Assembly (NCBI GenBank): GCA_951406725.2
Contig: OX597820.1
Coordinates: 103,602,001 to 103,666,000 of the forward strand
DNA from: Octopus vulgaris
Taxonomy: Eukaryota
Reading direction: 5' to 3'
DNA: 64,000 bases
Shown here: positions 12,744 through 24,164 of the stretch, in pieces
Numbering within the stretch: the first letter of the stretch is position 1
How the letters are laid out: the number at the start of each line of letters is the position of its first letter
Notes under the pieces: model-generated
What the model saw: only the letters and a program-made list of their open reading frames with translations
What the model was told of the DNA's origin: nothing
The model's database searches: none
Made by a program: the position numbers and the translations under genes

Positions 12744-13300
12744 TGGTGTGTGTGTATATATATATATGTTTATGTATGTATGTATGTGTATATATAAATA
12801 GAAATGTAAGGTAAGATAAATTTACACGTGTGTGTTTAGTAAACAAATACTTAGCCTTTCTGTGAAAAGGTAGAAATCTTGATTAAACCAAGGGGTTTTC
12901 CCTTTGTGACTGGAAAAACAAAAGAGATCAATTTGACTAGTTTTAGGTCTTAAAACCTTATCAGAAAGGGTTTGTTCATTTTCCTGATTACAAGCAACAT
13001 AAAACTATTTAGAGTATACATACACTCAAGCAAACTGAAAATGGTTCGTCTAACTGTGCAAGTGTTGGCAACATGAATAAAATTTATCTTTTTCTCTTTT
13101 ACTTGTTTCAGTCATTAGACTGCAGCCATGCTGAGGCATCGCCTTGAAGAATTTTGGTCAAATTTATCGATCCCAGTGCTTATTACTTTTTGTAAAGCAT
13201 GGTACTTATTCTACCAGTCTCTTTTGCTGAACTGCTAAGTTATGGAGACATAAACACACCAACACTGGTTGTCAAGCAGTGGTGGTGGGGCCAAACACAA

Positions 13301-14226
13301 ACATCAAATCAAATCAAATCAAAACAAATCAAAATAGATGAACATCAATGGAATTTGTATCATTGTGGTACCAGTGCCGGTGGCACACAAGAAAACCATC
13401 CGAACGTGGCCATAGCCAGTACCGCACCGACTGGCCTCCATGCTGTGGGCACGTAACAAACACCATCCGATCGTGGCCGTTCGCCAGCCTCATCTGGCAC
13501 CTGTGTCGGTGGCACATAAAAACACCATCCGAAGACCCGGCAAGACTAGTCAGGCCATAACCCGTGGCCCCTACCTGGGACGTAGTCAGTCCACCTGTGC
13601 ATACCTTCCTTCTTGTGACACTTGTGAAAATCAAATCAAATCAAAACAAATCAAAATAGATGAACATCAATGGAATTTGTATCTTTGTGGTACCAGTGGC
13701 ACACAAGAAAACCATCCGAACGTGGCCATAGCCAGTACCACACCGACTGGCCTCCGTGCTGTGGGCACGTAACAAACACCATCCGATCGTGGCCGTTCGC
13801 CAGCCTCATCTGGCACCTATGTCGGTGGCACATAAAAACACCATCCGAAGACCCGGCAAGACTAGTCAGGCCATCGTGGCCGTTCGCCAGCCTCATCTGG
13901 CACCTGTGTCGGTGGCACATAAAAACACCATCCGAGCGTGGCCGTCTGCCAGCCTCGTCTGGCACCTGTGTCGGTGGCACATAAAAAACACCATCCGAGC
14001 GTGGCCGTTCGCCAGCCTTGTCTGGCACCTGTGTCGGTGGCACATAAAATCACCCACTACACTCTCGGAGTGGTTGGCGTTAGGAAGGGCATCCAGCTGT
14101 AGAAACACTGCCAGATCTGACTGGCCTGGTGCAGCCTTCGGGCTCCCCAGACCCCAGTTGAACCGTCCAACCCATGCTAGCATGGAAAGCGGACGTTAAA
14201 TGATGATGATGATGATGATGATGATA
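13301..14226 (+). repeat. Internally amplified (ATG)n-tailed element nested in a CORE-SINE
   Basis: Duplicated 5' block (13304 and 13629) and tandem ~60-bp units; host SINE halves at 13085-13300 and 14228-14390 (-). Confidence 0.8.
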
Positions 14227-14734
14227 TATGATGGGCTTCTTTCAGGTTCCATCTATCAAATCCACTCACAAGGCTTTGGTTGGCCCAAGGTCATAGTAGA
14301 ATATTCTTGCCCAAAGTACCACAGTGGGACTGAACCCGGAACTATGTGATTGGGAAGCGAACTTTTTAACACATGTCCACACTTGTGCCTATTAAGTAAC
14401 AGCTTCAAATTTTGTCACAAGACCAGGATAAAAGGCAAAGCTGACATTGGTGGCATTTGAACACAGAACATAAAGACAGATGAAACGGCACTAAGTATTT
14501 TGCCTGACATGATGGAGTAAAGTAGAAACATATTGTAAGGGAAACTTATAGATAAATTTTGACAATAAGGATAAACTATACGGTCACCAATATCTGAATG
14601 TGAAGTTGAATTAGATGACTACAAAATGAACTTCTTCACCACACAGCAATGTCCCCTATTAACTATTTATTAAAACAAATGGAACAAGTGAACAAAGACT
14701 CACAACATTACTATATTTGTGGTCATATACTTAC

Positions 14735-14781
14735 TTGGACATCTCATTGCCACTGTAATATCAACATTAATTTGGAGAGTG
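14735..14781 (-). CDS. ERGIC2: ERGIC2 coding exon 3 (TLQINVDITVAMRCP)
   Basis: ttctccag acceptor, gtaagt donor, 47 nt; matches the conserved L-x-INxDITVAMxC motif. Confidence 0.93.
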
Positions 14782-15548
14782 CTGGAGAAGGATAAAGAAA
14801 AAAAAAGAACAGAAACAAAATTAATTTTAAAAATATCAAATTTAGTCAGTAATAAATAATTGATAGAAAATCGTTGTTCAAATACATAAGAAATAATGGT
14901 CAAAACCAAAGCAGAAATGGACCATGAAAAACTTATTGAGAGAAATGAGATTGGTAAGGGTGATGGCTTCCAGAAGATACTTCACAGGTTTGATAGTGCT
15001 TCTGTGTTACATTTGATGGCGGGTAACATGGGTAACATAAATATCTTTTTAGAGATAGATTATTTCATCAGTTCATCTTTTAATCAGTCACATACCTAAC
15101 GAACAATTCAAGGAGGAATAAAAGTGGCAAGATCAGACAATCTGTTAAGCTAAATTAACCACTGTTTTGTAAAAACACTTAGAGCAAGGTTCCGAGCTAA
15201 GTCTATGAGTTGCTGGGGTAGTTTTATGGTTTTATCAGACAGACAGTCTGTAACTGATATATGCAAAACATTTAACAATAAGGTTGATGTGATTTATATC
15301 CCATTTGAACATCGGTAGGTCATGACTAACCTACTTCACTTCATTTATTCCTTGTCTGTGTAATTTCCAATGGTAAACAAGAGCCTAGTTTATGGTATGA
15401 TGACACATTATGAAAACAGAATATTTTAATGGTGACAGAATAATGACCTATCAAGTATCACAGAACATGTTGTTTTGCATTCAATTAAATGTTAAGTTTC
15501 CAACAAACCAAATCTGTGACACACATTTAATATTTGGTTAAACAATGT

Positions 15549-15626
15549 CTTATCGGCAACTTGTGGGTTAAACTAGCCCTTATCGGCAACTTGTGGGTTA
15601 AACTAGCCCTTATCGGCAACTTGTGG
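15549..15626. repeat. Perfect 30-bp tandem repeat x2.6
   Basis: Unit CTTATCGGCAACTTGTGGGTTAAACTAGCC. Confidence 0.9.
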
Positions 15627-15819
15627 CAGCCCTCATTACCTTGGAGGGACTTGAGCTTCGGCATGATAATTTGCTACAGACAGATTATATGAAGACAATG
15701 ACCCAGTGACTTGTGAAGGTTAATTGGGTCTTTGTTTCATTAACTTTGAGCAATAGTGTTATACTTAATTTAAAACCCATCAGTGTCACCTTTCCTAAAT
15801 TCATCAGTTCATTAAATGT

Positions 15820-17370
15820 TGTTTGAGGATTTTTTCAATTCATCTATCTATTACTGCAATTCTCAGCTTTTTCAACTAACTTGTTTCATCTCTTACTCAT
15901 ATTCCAGACTGTCACACAGACACCCGAAACACTTGATCTATTTCTTGTTGCAAAATCTAACCTCTTCCAAACTATAACTATCGCCGCATCTATCAGATAA
16001 TCTAACTTTTGCCTAATTGTAACTAACCAACACAAAATCACATGCTACACGGCACCCTATTCCTACAAGACCCTATGGCACTTCAAATCAGCTAACTGGT
16101 CAGAGTTCAGCCTGTTTTATATCAACTTTCACTGAAAGCAACACTCATACTTCACTCTTGACACTAAAATAATCTGCTAAGGAAGTGACTGAAGCCATCT
16201 TTAAGGCATGTTCCTCCACATCTTACACACTTATAGCTGTGTTGTGGCTTTCATGGCAAAAAACAAGGCCTATAATACCTGAAGAATTCTACCCACTCTC
16301 CAAAATTGGTTGGTAATCATCCAGCAGCACAACTCTTATAAGACTGTTATTCAGTCAGAAAAGGATACCTTCACACAGCTCTCAAGTTTTCCCACCATCC
16401 AAAATGTAGCAGGTCCAACTAGTCCTTAAATCTCCATCAACTTTGCTGTCACTTTTTACCTCATCTTCTAAATGATGGCTTCACTTGGTGAGAAAGTATC
16501 CCCCTTTACGGTTCCATTTCACATCCAAATCCATACTATGCACTCTCAAACAATCTCCTCTAAATTTATCCCCTTTCACACTAATGGGCTCCCTATCTCA
16601 CATACATACACATGCCAAGTGCAGAAATAATTCCATTTGCTTCAAACAAACAAGACACATCAGTAACACAGCTAGGACTACATCCCAAAAACTGGCTCTT
16701 CTCTTCAGGGTCAGAAAATATTTCAGCCTCCAACAATTGACACTCTACAAAGCTAAAATCATCATCATCACTTAACATTCGTTTTCCATCTGGCATGGGT
16801 TGGAGTTAACAGGAGCTGACCAGCTGAAGGGCTGTTCAGGCTCCTTGTCTGTTTTGGCATGGTTCTTATGGCCGGATGCCCTTCCTAGTGCCAACCACTC
16901 CACAGAGTGTATTGGGTGCTTTTTACATGGTACCAGTACTTACAAGTCTGCAATAGGGTATGTTTCCACATCTGAGACAGTGCCACTGATGCTGCTAATG
17001 TCAATCTGTTGAAAGTGCCTTAAAACACACACAGGTTTGTTTCAGCCTCTTTCTGGTTTTTTTATTGCTACTACAATGGCTTCTGTTCCTTGAAACTGGT
17101 TAGTCATATACCTTCTCCACCCGTCTCTCCACCTCTTGTCACTCTTGTGTGTCCAATCTCACACGCTCTGCACTAACTACAATTCCCATCCTACATGCCC
17201 AGAATGTCACCCCTCTGGAATCACCTCTGTTCATCTCTTTCTAGGAGGTAGTGAGTTGCAACAGTTTAGAAAAACTATTAATGGCATCGGTCTTACCAGA
17301 CTTGGTGAGTCTGCAAAGGTCATAAACACTGCCCCTTCCTCCAGACCCAGCAAAAGCAAAAAAAAAATAT
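15820..17370 (+). mobile_element. Heavily decayed CR1/Jockey-group LINE remnant interrupted by a SINE
   Basis: Fragments TLWHFKSANW and KLALLFRVRKYFSLQQLTLYKAKI; 3' end resembles 59400-59470. Confidence 0.6.
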
Positions 17371-17432
17371 GCACTTAACTAAGTGAAGATATAAAGGGCT
17401 CAAGAGTTCCAATAAAGACAGCAATTACTTAC

Positions 17433-17541
17433 CCATCGACACTGGAATCCACCATATAGTCAAACTCAAGTTCTGACTCTGCGTAATATCTGATTTCAGA
17501 TATAGTGAGGATGATGATGATGATAAATGTAATGATGGATA
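17433..17541 (-). CDS. ERGIC2: ERGIC2 coding exon 2, first TM helix (VSIITFIIIIILTISEIRYYAESELEFDYMVDSSVDG)
   Basis: tttcttgtag acceptor, gtaagt donor, 109 nt, in frame with flanking exons; hydrophobic stretch followed by Y-x-VD as in ERGIC2. Confidence 0.92.
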
Positions 17542-19044
17542 CTACAAGAAAGAGAAAACAATTACACAATGAAAAAACAATTACACCATTTTACACAGAG
17601 GAAGAGAAATTATAAGACATGTAAGTCAATACACACACATACACAGATATATTATATGATGAGCTTTTTTCACTTCCTTGTACCAAATCTACTCACAAGG
17701 TTTTCATTGGCCCAGGACTATAACAGAAGGCACTTGCCATAAGTGCCATGCAGTAGGACTGAACAATGTATCTGGGAAGCAGACTTTTTAACCATAGGGC
17801 CATGCCTGCACCTGTAGTTATATAATCTACAGGAGTTCTAAATGATTACAGCTTAAATTTAAGTTCATGACTTTACGCAGTTGAGAAAGAAATCTGTGTG
17901 GCATAAATCATAATTTACTTTGGACATTTCTTGAAGAACCTGTAGTACAATTCATGATGCATAACAGGAACTAAAACTTGTAGATTTAACTTCACAAACA
18001 CAATGAAATACCTTGAGGAGGATTTGAAATGAAGACTTTCAGAGCAACATCATATACACTTGATATTTGCTTCTAAGATAAAAACGAAGTACTAGTAATA
18101 TACTAAGGATGATTCAATTAACTATACCTCCAATACATCCAAATGACTCTATATATGGTCATAAGGAATCAATAGTATAATATATTATCATTAGACTAAT
18201 GTATGATAGATGGGCAGGAACAGGTACCTTACCATAGAAAAGGTACGACTGTTGCAGGTGGAAGGAGAGAAAAAGGTGGTGGTAACCAGGTGACAAGGTG
18301 CCAGGGTTACCCTCAAGATACAAGAAGGTGAATATAAGAGGGAAAAGGGACAGAGGATCAGGAAGAGCAGGTGGGTAAGTTTGCAAGAGTGTGTACTTAT
18401 TCTAATTAACTATATCTCCAATACATCCAAATGACTCTATATATGGTCATAAGGAATCAATAGTATAATATATTATCATTAATATCATTATGGGTTAGAC
18501 AGAGCTTTTTGAGGCCTACTCTTTTAGTAATCATACAGGGATACAGGCATTATTAATTAGGCATTATGGGACAAATGTATATGAATGCTGTGGACAGTAA
18601 AGGCTCTATATAACAAAGGTTTAGTTAGCTTGCAGTACAGATCTGCAATCAAAGTATCACTTGATCTGTCCTTCCAATGGTATCTCTATGATCCAATGAC
18701 TCATAACATTCACCCTGAGCTAGTTTATTAGATAAATGCACTGATTATAAAATTAGGTTAATTTGAATCATCTAACTCCAAATTTACCCAAAATTAACCA
18801 GAATTAATGTCCTCTGCAAAACTGTAGTTAAATACATAATGATGTTAATGCAACTGTGTTTCCAACAATGTCTTAAAAAATTAAAATTTTGAAGAAATGT
18901 GTATATTCAATAAAACTATTTAGTCTTATGCATAACAGATGTTGTCCATAATATATTTACTAAAAACAGCACTAACTATGGCTGGGAACCTGCTGTCATT
19001 ATAGCAGTAGTTAAATCATAAAGACAGCAGTAACTATAGGGTTC

Positions 19045-19390
19045 ATTTTCATTTCATCTAGTTTCAGCTCACAAGCTGTGGCCATGCTGGGGCACTGCTA
19101 TTCGGTGTTGCTACATGATTTTACTTCACGAATGCTTTTTAACAATTGACATTTGGTGCATGAGAGAGTTTGATGCAGCTGCCCTCATCTGTACCTCCTG
19201 CTGTGAAGTTGGTTCATCTGGGACACCTGACAGCTATATTTTAAAGACATCTGCATCTACCCCATGCAGGTCTCTCAGGTCCTTTAGGAGGATATTGAAG
19301 AGCTGTGGACCTCTGAAGCCCAGGCTATCGCGGTATCTTGTCCTACATCTTGATGGCAAATTTGGAGTCCTTTTTTGTCTTTGCGGTGGT
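19045..19390 (-). mobile_element. LINE 3' end, same family as 55190-55500
   Basis: Similar to 55190-55500; ends GTGCCCCAGCATGGCCACAGCTTGTGAGCTGAAAC plus (ATGAA)n. Confidence 0.7.
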
Positions 19391-20308
19391 AGTTAATATA
19401 TACTTAATAAAAGCAACAGTTGCTTATTAAAATCAGCATTAATTATAATAGGGTGAGCATTTCATATAAGTAAATAGACTTAGTAAAAGACAGCAGTTAC
19501 TATACTTAGTAGTTAGTAACTATAAAATTGTAGTTGGATGAGTAGTTAATGGCAGTTAATATATATAATAAAGATGATAGTTACTATACATAATATACTT
19601 AACCTTTTTACCAATTAAACTGGTCATATCTGGCCCAAATAGTCTACCTGTTTTATTAGTGTTGTATCTCAACAATCAAATAGAGCTGAAAGTGATATCT
19701 AGACCACTTTGACTTCCATCACACCTGAGTTGCTTGGTTTTCTCTATGCCATAATGTTTTCTGGTAGTCAGAGCTCCAACCAAGTTCTATAGGGAATTTC
19801 ATATCTTTCTCTCTAAGATGTACTTCTATATATGTAACCAAAACACTAAACAACCTTTCAGGTCAATGTTAAATGTGAAAGTTCAACTTTAATATAGTTT
19901 AACTCTTCAGCATTCAATTTACTCTATCAAATGTAATGCTTATTTATTCACAATGTTTTAAATTAATCATGCTTTATCTTGCAGCAGCAAGATTTTGATG
20001 TGATAGTTTATTTTTAGAATGACATTGTAGGGTAGGTGTGAGAGTCTGAATCTGGCTAGTTTTAATATAAAACAGATAGAATATTTGAGCCAGATATGGC
20101 TAGTTTAAATGCTAAAGGTTAATATATATATGAGGGCACATGGCCTAGTGGTTAGGGTGTTGCACTCATGATTGTGAGATCATAGTTTCAATTCGTAGAC
20201 TGGGTGGTACATTGTGTTCTTGAACAAAACACACACTGCTCTACGATCACTTCAACTCTTGAAGCATGTTACACCGTGCACTTGTTCAGTCAATATATAT
20301 AATGTGTA

Positions 20309-20851
20309 TATATTAAGGGCATTACTATACATAAATGCCTCATGCTAGGAAGGACTCTTAAAGTCAAAACTACCATAATAAACACATTGTACTGAACACA
20401 AGGGAATGCAACTCTCAAAGTGAACCGTTTTAAAAACAGATTCAGCTGCAGATCATGATTTCATAATTAGTGCACAAAATGCACTTTTTAATCGTCAAAT
20501 GCAGGCATAATCAAGACACATAAAAATGAACAAAAAAATCAACATACCAGATGAACAGATATATAAGTGTGAACAATTCTATGTACTATGCTGGTTACAT
20601 TTGGAGTTCGTCTGGTATGTTGATTTTTTTGTTCATTTTTGTGTCTTGATTATGCATGCACTGACGATTAAAAAGTGCATTTTGTGCACTAATTATGAAA
20701 TCATATGATCGGCAACTGAATCTGTTTTTAAAAGGCTTGCTTCATGAGTTCCATTCCCTCGCATTCAGTACAATGTATTTATTATGGTAGTTTTGGCTTT
20801 AAGAGTCCCTCCTAGTGTGAGGCATTTATGTATAGTAATGCCCTTAATATA
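20309..20851. repeat. Long inverted repeat (arms ~245 bp, 49-nt spacer) with a hammerhead motif in each arm
   Basis: Arms 20309-20556 and 20606-20851 are reverse complements with scattered mismatches; CTGACGA at 20661 and GAAA-TCATATGA-TC at 20697-20710. Confidence 0.85.
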
Positions 20852-20986
20852 AATAAACATATTTAAAGGGAATAATTAATAAATTTTTCCCTTATGAGGT
20901 TTTTCACACTAACTACTTGATAAATTCTTATAAAGATTTTATCCTATTTTTAAATTGTAAATATATATATATATATATATATATTG

Positions 20987-21468
20987 TGAAGTACATTTGC
21001 CATCTAAATGTGGCAGACCCATAGGGGACGATGCTACTGTTGTTTATAGCCCCAGGATGATATCACCTCCAGCTGGTTAACAACACACTGTCTATGTCCG
21101 ATTAGTATTTGCGAAGGGAAATCATTGTTCCCATCTCCAGCCTTACATGATACACACAGATCCGGGTTTCTGAGTAGTAACCTGTCATCACCCTGCGCCT
21201 CATCCAAAACATGAAATACCATATGCTTTTCCCAGTGACAAACTGTTGCTGATCTCAAAATTGAAGAAACAAGCAATAATAAATCTCTGAGCAAGACGTA
21301 AACAGTAGCAGCACAGAATCTTGAAGTATATTTGCCACTTAAATGTGGCAGACACATAAGGGACGATGCTACTGTTGTTTATAGCCCCAGGAAGACATCT
21401 CCTCCTGCTGGCTAACAACACACTATCATGAAGTATATATGCCACCTAAATGTGGTGGACCCCAATCA
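20987..21468. repeat. Unclassified element with ~107-bp direct repeats
   Basis: Copies at 20987-21093 and 21322-21428, with a partial third at 21429-21468. Confidence 0.7.
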
Positions 21469-21490
21469 TGAAGAAAAATAATATACATAC

Positions 21491-21605
21491 CTCCACCACC
21501 AGTGGCAGTGGTTTCTTTGTAATTCTCAGGAACTTTGGGGAAAGCATCAAGTTCTTTAACAACTTTTAAAGTTTGCTTCCTATTAACAATGTTCAAGCGT
21601 CGCAT
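21491..21605 (-). CDS. ERGIC2: ERGIC2 first coding exon (MRRLNIVNRKQTLKVVKELDAFPKVPENYKETTATGGG)
   Basis: Manual translation gives the ERGIC/Erv41-46 N-terminal LDAFPK motif and the ERGIC2-like start MRRLN. Donor G|gtatgt at 21490; acceptor ttcctttcaag puts the exon start at 21638. 115 coding nt, phase 1. Confidence 0.93.
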
Positions 21606-21713
21606 TTTTGTTTGTAGTTAAAATATATCACAAAAAATCTTGAAAGGAACAGAAACAAAACCAGCAATTAATATTTATATTGAACGACATTAATTAAAAT
21701 CAAATACTATATG

Positions 21714-21874
21714 CCATATTTTAACATGTATAAGGAACACTTTTCTGTCAAAAATTAGGTTAAGAAAATATGGGAGTTTCTCGTACATGGATAGTATTAT
21801 AGTCACTTACGAAACCTTTTTTCCAAATTTTAAGTCCCAAACTTAGGGGACTCCTTATACACATTAAAATATGG
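21714..21874. mobile_element. Tc2/pogo-type MITE, second copy
   Basis: Same TIRs and interior as 5826-5983, inverted. Confidence 0.85.
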
Positions 21875-21984
21875 TACATATATATTTTGTTTTATCTTTT
21901 ACTTGTCTCAGACACTTGACTGCAACCATGCTAGAGCACCACCTTGAAAATTTTTAGGCAAACAAACCAACCCCAGTACTTAAT

Positions 21985-22840
21985 GATAATAATAATAATG
22001 ATTTCAAATTTTGGCACGAGGCCAGCAATTCCGTGGGCAGGAATAAGTTGATTACAGCAACCTCAATGCTCAACTGGTACTTATTTTATCAACCTTGAAA
22101 GGATGAAAGGCAAAATTGACCTCGGTGGAATTTGAACGCAGAACATTAAGATGAATGAAATGTCACTTGGCATTTTGCCTGTCATGCTAATGATTCTGTC
22201 AAGAACAAAGCCTCAAATTTTGGCGTTGGGGTTAAGTAGATCACATCAACCCCAGTGCACATCTTGCACTTTATTTTATCAACCCCCAAAAGATAAAAGC
22301 AAAGCTGACTTCAGCAGGATTTAAACGCAGAACATAAATAGCAGGAAAAAAAGCTGCTGAGTATTTTGTCCAATTTGCTAATGATTAATAATAATCCTTT
22401 CTACTAAATTTGTGGGGAGGGGACTAGTCGATTACATTGACCCCAGTGTTTCAGTGATACTTAATTTATCGACCCCAAAAGGATGAAAGGCAAAGTCAAC
22501 CTCAGCAGAATTTGAACTCAGAATGTAGCGAGGGCAAAATACCACTAAGTATTTCGTCCAGCATGTTAACAATTCTGCCAGCTTGCTGCCTTATTAATAT
22601 TAATCCTTTCTACTGAAGGCACAAGTCCTGAAATTTGGTAGGGAGGAGACTAGTTGATTATATCGACTCCAGTGTTTCACTGATACTTAATATATCGACC
22701 CCGAAAGGAAGAAAGGTAAAGTTGACCACGGTGGAATTTGAACTCAGACTGTCGCGATGGGCGAAATATCGCTAAGCATTCTGTCCAGCGTGCTAATGAT
22801 TTTGCCAGCTTGGTGCCGTAACAATAATAATAATAATAAT
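21985..22840 (-). mobile_element. Second tandem array of four tRNA-headed SINE copies with (AAT)n junctions
   Basis: Same family as 9655-10487. Confidence 0.85.
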
Positions 22841-23185
22841 AAGCTTAATGGATACAATGCACGGGTGCACTACAAATTGTCAGAAGAGGGTAAAAGGGGA
22901 TTGATAGTAATAATAGGTCAAGCAAAGAAAGACAGCAATGACAACCAAAAGTACATGCACAGTATACAGAAAAAAAGACAAAAAAAATTATAGTAAAAGA
23001 GCCATAAAGAGAAAAAGAATGCATAAGTACATCAGGAGTAGTGGTGTTGAATTTCAGGAAGCGAAGAATTTTTTATGAATGATGCAGTGTACTGACAACT
23101 GATGCAGGTAGTTTATTCTAGGTTTTGAAAAATTGTTTCTAAGATTCATGGCACTGTGCTCTTTCCTTTTTCACTTTATAAGTAA

Positions 23186-23832
23186 CTAGCTATTTTGACC
23201 CGTGCTTCGCTCGGGTTTAGGTGGTAGTGTTGTTTTGTGCATGTTGTCTCCTTTTCCCTTTCTTCTTTTGTCCAACTTCTTTGCCTGGTTCTTTTTATTA
23301 CCCTCTTCTTTTACTTTTTCTTATTTTTAAAATTTTTTCTTCGTCTTTATTTCTTTCTCTTATTCCACTCTTTCTTTTCTCTTTCTCCTCATCACCATAG
23401 CTGATGCCCCCCCCCTTCCAAAACCCCCCAAATTTTTACACCCACAATTAAAGATAACCGCCTCTATCCCCTGCAGCAACATGAAAAGCCACCATTATTC
23501 AAACAGCGCAACCTGTCTATCCCACAAAACTCAATTTTTCCCATATTCCTCACCATGGCAACCAAACGGTAGCCCCAAGCGACTTGCAGCCCTCCTCACA
23601 CCATTGCCCACCCCATTTTACCCCCCAGTGTAAATTTTGACGCCAATCCAACCTCATCTACTGTTCCCATCCCAAAATGAGACAAATAACCAAGAAATCA
23701 AACAACTTTTTTGCATTTCAGCTTTCTAGATATTGATTTATGTAACAAGTTTCCGTGAAATTTAAATTTTTTAATTAAATACATTTTTTATTTACAGGAA
23801 CATCATGGGCCATCCTATTTTATATTCTAAGA
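23186..23832 (-). mobile_element. Non-autonomous Helitron, 647 bp
   Basis: Minus strand A|TCTTAGAATATAAAA ... subterminal hairpin CCCGAGC-GAA-GCACGGG, then CTAG|T; no TSD. Confidence 0.7.
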
Positions 23833-24111
23833 TATGTTGTCATAAGATTTATGGTTGAAACACATGAATTCCATTTGAAATGCAAAAGAAATTATGTGGA
23901 AGGAGACTGAGCAGGCTAAACAAATACATCAACTTCTTCACTGGCTCCTATAAGAATTCTATGCAAGAAAATAGCTGAGAATACTTAAACTTTTTATTGG
24001 CACCTTGGGCAAATGTCTTCAACTATAACATAGCCTAGTGAGTGGATTTGGTAGACAGAAACTGAAAGAAGCCCCTTGTGTATGTGTATATGTAAACAGA
24101 CAGACAGAGAA

Positions 24112-24164
<53 letters not shown>

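Noticed and set aside
13370-14050. CRISPR-like repeat/spacer array with palindromic repeats
   Set aside because: The 'spacers' are homologous to each other, the array is inside a eukaryotic SINE-like element, and there are no cas genes.
20317-20843. Kolobok-type DNA transposon (TTAA|GG...CC|TTAA)
   Set aside because: Symmetry extends beyond TTAA, each arm holds an HHR motif and the right arm seems to continue to (TA)n; a PLE-type inversion fits better, though this is not excluded.
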